Source of the DNA: Rozella allomycis CSF55
Taxonomy: Eukaryota
Length of the DNA stretch: 50,535 nt
Assembly: GCA_000442015.1 (NCBI GenBank)
Contig: KE561190.1
Span: forward strand, 1-50,535
Direction of reading: 5' to 3'
Notes under the pieces: generated by a model
What the model was told of the DNA's origin: nothing
Seen by the model: the letters and a program-made list of their open reading frames with translations, nothing else
Databases searched by the model: none
Translations under genes and position numbers: made by a program
In this document: piece by piece, positions 44,658 through 50,535 of the stretch
Layout of the letters: every line of letters starts with the position of its first letter
Numbering within the stretch: position 1 is the stretch's first letter

Positions 44658-47600
44658 ATGGAACAACAACTGCAAAAGCATCTGCTAGAATCTTTAAAAA
44701 AGGGAATAACGGATGTCAATGAAATTTATGCAAATTTTTGCGCGTACTTTTTTATATATAACGTAATAGAAATAAAGAAGCACCTGCCTCCCTACAAGAT
44801 ACCCAATCCCATCCATTCCAGAAGGATTTCGACAGAATGTTCCAACATGTGTTAATTGAAGAATTAAACGACATGAAACATATTTTTCAAGACGAATCTA
44901 AGGGCTCTGAGGTTTATAGATTGTTGAAAAATCAACGCATTTCATTCCTTTTGCAAAGCATTATTGATCCTATAAATATCAGTAGCGACGATCTTAAANA
45001 GAATCTAAGAGCACTGAGGTTTATAGATTGTTGAAAAATCAACGCATTTCTTTCCTTTTACAAAGCATTATTGATTCTAAAAATATCAGTAGCGACGATC
45101 TTAAAGGTCTGATTTTATCTAAACATTGGAATAAATTAATAAATTTCAATCCAGAGACAGAACTTGAATTGAGGGCGGTTGAATCTTTCAACAAAGTGGT
45201 TGAGATATTAAAACCAAGCTCATTTACTGACATCTATTTATTGAAAATATTGATTAATGCGGAGAACCTAGTGCGCGCCGCCATAAAGATCATATTACTA
45301 AATCCAGAATTGATAGACCGTTTAGATGAAAAATCTTTAAAAGTTATAAAAGACTATTTGAATAACAATGAAGAGTTTTGCGAACAACTGGAATTTCATG
45401 ATCGATGGATATTATATAATCTAAAGGTGCATCACGTCCCTTCTTATGATATTGGTGACTCATTTATTGATTACAATAGCTTTATTAACCATCATGGCGA
45501 TTCATTTCTTGAAAATAATGACAAGGTAAATTATTTTGGTTTCTTTCATTTTGACCACATTAAACCTAATGAAAGTATACTACTCATTTCTTCAGAACAT
45601 CAAAGATGCGCAATCAATGGGAATCGTGCCTCTGCTAAAAGAGATTGATTGTTGGAACGACGAATTATTACTGGATACAAATCTNTTACTACTCATTTCT
45701 TCAGAACATCAAAGATGCGCAATCAAAAGGAATCGTGCCTCTACTAAAAGAGATTGATTGTTGGAACGACGAATTATTACTGGATACAAATCTGGACGTA
45801 AAAACCTAATAGTATTTAGAAAGTCCGTTAGTTTTCAAACTCACTTTTCTCGCCATGATTGGCATGAATTCGACTGTACATTTTATCATCGCGACAAAGA
45901 TTTATTCAATTTGTTGAGACTCTTTAATTTTACTCCTTCCAAAGTAATTCAAAGCGGTCGCTACTAGTAAAGATTTTTGAAAAGCACCAAAAGGAAAACT
46001 TTTGTTTGATTCTAAGCCAAAGACTCTGTGATTACCTTAATTCTTCAAACCTAACGACTAATGAATTGTTCTCGATTTTGATCAGCTTTGTGACAATTTC
46101 AAAAGTGGATTTTATGAATCAAATTGATTCAGAAAAAGATGACTTCCAAGTTTTTGTTTTCGTTAAATGGCCACTTTCCATCAGGAGTAGCCCCAAGGTC
46201 ATGGAAGAACTGATTAAACAAAAATAAAGCCTTTCCTTTCCGCTTGATTTATATTAGCTATATATTTGATCGATAGGTTAGATGGGGTCTAAATTGTGAA
46301 ATTGTGGGGTCTATATGAGAATGGTTTGAATACTCGTGTCCCATAGAATTGAAAATATTTTATCACAATTCATAGAAAGTTTAATATTGCTTAAATTTTT
46401 TGTACCCCTTCTATGTTTGAACTTTGAAATGCGAGCGGCCAGTAATTTCATAAACAAATGGTTTCAATACCGCATGATGGAATTGCATGCTCGCTGTTGC
46501 GAATTAAACTTCCAAAGAAATATGAACTTGATAATTTAGTTTTACATTCAACAGTTTTTCAACCTGAATCTAAGGTTTTCCTCGGAGAAACCCATAGCAA
46601 GTTATTTAAAGAAAACAAAGATATGCTAGATGGCGAGAAATACAATGAATTACGTATTGTTGAATATAGAGAACCACCAGTACACAATACATGATAATTG
46701 AATAGACCTTATATGCGCATGGCCATGAGTTGAAAAACTTAGCAATTGTTTTTGAGTTATCCGTTTCTGGAAAAAGTATAGGTTGGACTGTATTATTATT
46801 TAAATACTCGCTAAATGTTCAACAAAAGTATGAAACGAAACCCATACTATTGAAGGTTGCAATTTTACAGAGGGTCACCGCGGCATTTGCTTAAACTTGA
46901 TACGGAATATGAAATGTCTTTATCGAAACTCCATAGAATTGGTTTATTAAAGAAAGTAGAAGGGTGCGAAATGGAATGTATCGTAGAAAGTGATGCGCAG
47001 TTTGCAGACATTTGCTTCACCTCCGTAAAAGAATACAGCCTAGTTTGCGATTATAACCGAGTTTTGGGAATTAGATGTATTAAAGATGGCTTTTGGGAAT
47101 ACTCAGAAGACGGCACAATAGTATCTAGTGATATGTCCCAGTTAATGATAAGCGATGTAATAGATGATAACCTAATTTTATAAAGATATACCTCATATTT
47201 CAAAAAGGAGTTGAAAGTTTTGAAAACAGAGTTTTGGAATACATTAATTCTTACTTTGATTACCAAGCGGAAATATGCTCCAAGAATTTGTCAAAGCGTA
47301 GAAGTTATAGTACTTGCAAAGATACCAAGATATTTGAAAGACGAATATCGTTTTCTCTTAATTACAATGGAAACACAATTAGCGGTCCAGATTCTATATC
47401 TCTTTCATCATCGTTAAATGATCCATCTACGTATTTTGTTGACGGATCAATGTTCTTACCATTCTTTCACGACGATATTGATTTACTAGACTTTGAGGTG
47501 TCATTCCAGTACAAAATATCTTACCAACGCGAAATCCTTCCAAAAGGCTTAATATTCCAAGAAGAAATGACAATCTGTGTTGGTCAAGCAACATTTTGTC

Positions 47601-47917
47601 TATCGAAGCAAAGTGATAATGGTAAGTGATATTGATTTCTTAAAAAGCTTTGGTTGGCAAATTGATAGCAAAAAAAGAAGATCAATCGCTTTCCTTGCCT
47701 ATGGATGATATGCCCGAGATTTCTTGTATTTTACATCATCCTTATTTGCCTTTTAATAAAAAATCATTGAAATGCCCCGAAAATATTGAAAAAGATCGGC
47801 CATGTTCGAATAATGAGGTCAGCCTTCAGTCAGATACATTATCCGACATTCAAAAGCAGTCTATTAATTATGAGACCAATGAAAGAGACTTGGCTAAATT
47901 TGAAGGATGGGAAAATT
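44658..47917 (+). pseudogene. Fragmented large hypothetical gene (stops and frameshifts beyond those explained by introns or N joins)
   Basis: Successive coding-like ORF pieces in changing frames, a few short GT-AG introns, and allele duplicates at N 44999 and 45685. Confidence 0.4.
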
Positions 47918-47918
47918 N

Positions 47919-50535
47919 CTTTTGAAATGATAGTGTCGGTTTTCTTTAAAGGCATGGAGAACTCTTTGCTTATTGGGGGTTCTTCAAACTGCAATTCAAG
48001 AATATATTTTCTTGTCTCATTTTTGTCTTAAACAATTAAGGATTGAAAATTACTTTGAATGCAAAATTTGCTTTCGTTTGCTTTTTNGTCGGTTTTCTTT
48101 AAAGCGATGGAAAACTCTTTGCTTATTGGGGGTTCTTCAAACTGTAAATCAAGAATATATTGTCTTGTCTCATTTTTGTCTTAAACAAATAAGGATTGAA
48201 AATTACTTTGAATGCAAAATTTGATTTCGTTTGCTTTTTTTGTAAGAACTTGAATTGTAAAACTGTTTAATTCATTGGAAAACACCTTTTGTCAAATCAT
48301 GGATGGCAAGTACTTTGATATTTTGATCAAAGTAAAATATTGAATCTTTGCAACATCCTTTCAAAGGGAATGAAAAGCAAGATGGGATTTTGTTCCTTGA
48401 AGTTTTTATTACAAGCCTTTCATATAGAATAGGCGTAATTAGTATTTTCCCTACTAGCTCATTTTGGCGGTATAAAAACACGTCATATTCATTTCTATTA
48501 AGATTTAGGGGATCTTTAAATATGACATCCAACCCCTTATTCTACAAGTGTCTTTTAACGTAACAATACCTTATTGGGAACTACGTCAATACCTTTTGTA
48601 GGACAATAGGCATTATCAAAGTTTTCTTCCATATAAACCGAATGTTTCAATTGTTTTTCATTGATTTCTATTTGAATTTTATGAATAGCCAGGACAGAAC
48701 AAGGATGCACTAGGAGGTTTATATCAATTGAAGCAAACAGCCAATTATTATTACAAAAAACGTCAATCTTTATAAGATATGATTTAGTTTAGCACCTTTT
48801 CTAATCTTTCTCTAAGGCTAATTTCATAAATGTTTAACAAAAGGGGAATGTGCTTTTTTTCAATTTTATCTAATTCAAATTTGTCAAACTCTAAATTTTT
48901 AAAGGTGTTTGATTTTATGAAAAAAGTATTTCTCTCATTTGAAAGATTTAACAACTCCAATTCATACTGAATTTTACTTCCTTGAATGTACTCCATTGAA
49001 TATGCCACTGTTTTATTGGCATTAATGGTCTTTTCTAAAAGATGAAAATATCTATCATGGCATTCTTTGGCAATCAAATTCTTCTCCAAAGTATTTGGAG
49101 GCTGATTGGGATCAATGCCATATTTTTCTATTTCGTGGGCNGAAATATCTATCATGGCATTCTTTGGCAATCAAATTTTTCTCCAACGTATTTGGAGGCT
49201 GATTGGGATCAATTCCATATTTTTCTATTTCGTGAGCGATTGAATCATCTCCGTTGTGAATTTTATTAATTAGATTGCTTAAAGTTTTGTTGCTTTTTAA
49301 AACCTATTGAGATACGGTTTAAATATTACATGGTTTGCCGAAACTGAAAGGAATGGTTGGTAGTTATCTTCAGAGATGATTGATGCAAATGTTTTTAATA
49401 AATTCGTCTCATTGTCTTTTAAAGGGTTACTATTAGAAGTGTGGTAACCAAAAGATAAAACCAAGGAGCTTTCTGTATTTTCTATCGGCACCTTCTCCAT
49501 GAACTGTAAATTTTCATATTCTTTAGTCAATGGGATATCCAGAACTGCCACNATGAAAGTTCGAGATAAAGGGTCATCTGTTGGCGAAATAGAAAATGGA
49601 TTAACAATACAAATATCAATTTTAGGTATTGAAAATTATTCATCTGAAAATTGCTTGAAAAACATACGTATTTCCTGTCCATTTAGTCCTACAAGGCAGT
49701 TAAACCTGGATATTAAAGATGTGAATAAACACTCTAATGCATTAATTCTTAACAGTGGTAAGAATATATATTACTATGGAAAGAAACGTTAAGTTTTGAA
49801 ATTAATGCATTCTGTATGAAAAAGATGAAAAGGTTACGCGCCACATTTGAAGTGATCGGACCTATTTTTAGCGAAGTGGCAGTTCTGGATATCCCATTGA
49901 CTAAAGAATATGAAAATTTACAGTTTATGGAGAAAGTGCTTATAGAAAATACAGAAAGCTTCCTGGTTGTATCTTTTGGTTACCACACTTTTAATAGTAA
50001 CCCTTTAAAAGACAATGAGACGAATTTATTAAAAACATTTGNTGCAATTAGTATTTTCCCTGTGAGCTCATTTTGGCGGTATAAAAACACGTCATATTCA
50101 TTTCTATTTAGATTTATGGGATCTTTAAATATGACATCGAACCCCTTATTCTACAAGTGTCTTTTAACGTAACAATACCTTATTGGGAACTACGTCAATA
50201 CCTTTTGTAGGACAATAGGCATTATCAAAGTTTTCTTCCATATAAACCGAATGTTTCAATTGTCTTTCATTGATTTCTATTTGAATTTTATGAATAGCCA
50301 GGACAGGACAAGGATGCACAAGGAGGTTTATATCAATTGAAGCAAACAGCCAATTATTATTACAAAAAACGTCAATCTTTATAAGATATGATTTAGTTTA
50401 GNGTTCGTTTAAAAATTTAGAGTTTGACAAATTTGAATTAGATAAAAATGAAAAAAAGCACATCCCCCTTTTGTTAAACATTTATGACATTGACGTTAGA
50501 GAAAGATTAGAAAAGGTGCTAAACTAAATCATATC
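47919..50535. other. Mosaic of short N-joined contigs carrying allelic copies of one hypothetical coding region in both orientations
   Basis: ~49388-49551 (-) matches ~49876-50041 (+); ~48436-48791 matches ~50045-50401; the reverse complement of ~48776-48905 matches ~50406-50535. Copies differ by scattered substitutions. Confidence 0.7.

Noticed and set aside
49388..50041. Long inverted repeat, considered as TIRs or an invertible segment
   Set aside because: Both arms end at N joins (49552, 50042) and differ like alleles, so contig mis-orientation is the simpler explanation.

Overview
A gene-dense, AT-rich eukaryotic (fungal-like) window with very short spliceosomal introns, mostly 26-31 nt, and tiny intergenic gaps. 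This is consistent with a compact early-diverging fungal parasite such as Rozella/Cryptomycota; the organism is inferred, not shown. Recognisable genes: an ARID/chromo-barrel protein, an ankyrin protein, a CCCH+CHY zinc-finger protein, SRP68, STI1, YVH1/DUSP12, a GDA1/CD39 apyrase, transketolase, MIC60, RRN7/TAF1B, ELF1, IMP4, MSH5, PPP4R4-like, EMC7, ALG2 and a transcriptional cyclin. The window also holds tRNA-Asp(GTC), a T-arm-deleted tRNA-Asp copy and several orphan genes. Mobile DNA: a 793-bp non-autonomous hAT element (17-bp TIRs, 8-bp TSD) splitting a RING gene, two Helitron-like miniatures and a degenerate repeat region at 32-34 kb. Twenty single-N joins, most flanked by slightly divergent duplicates, look like uncollapsed alleles from assembly. 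Main leads: (1) a 28-nt GT-TG intron needed to keep MSH5 in frame, present in both apparent alleles, with a second candidate in PPP4R4; (2) a tandem pair of signal-peptide/RING-H2/multi-TM genes that may be host-facing E3 ligases; (3) an orphan with a signal peptide followed by a mitochondrial-presequence-like segment.
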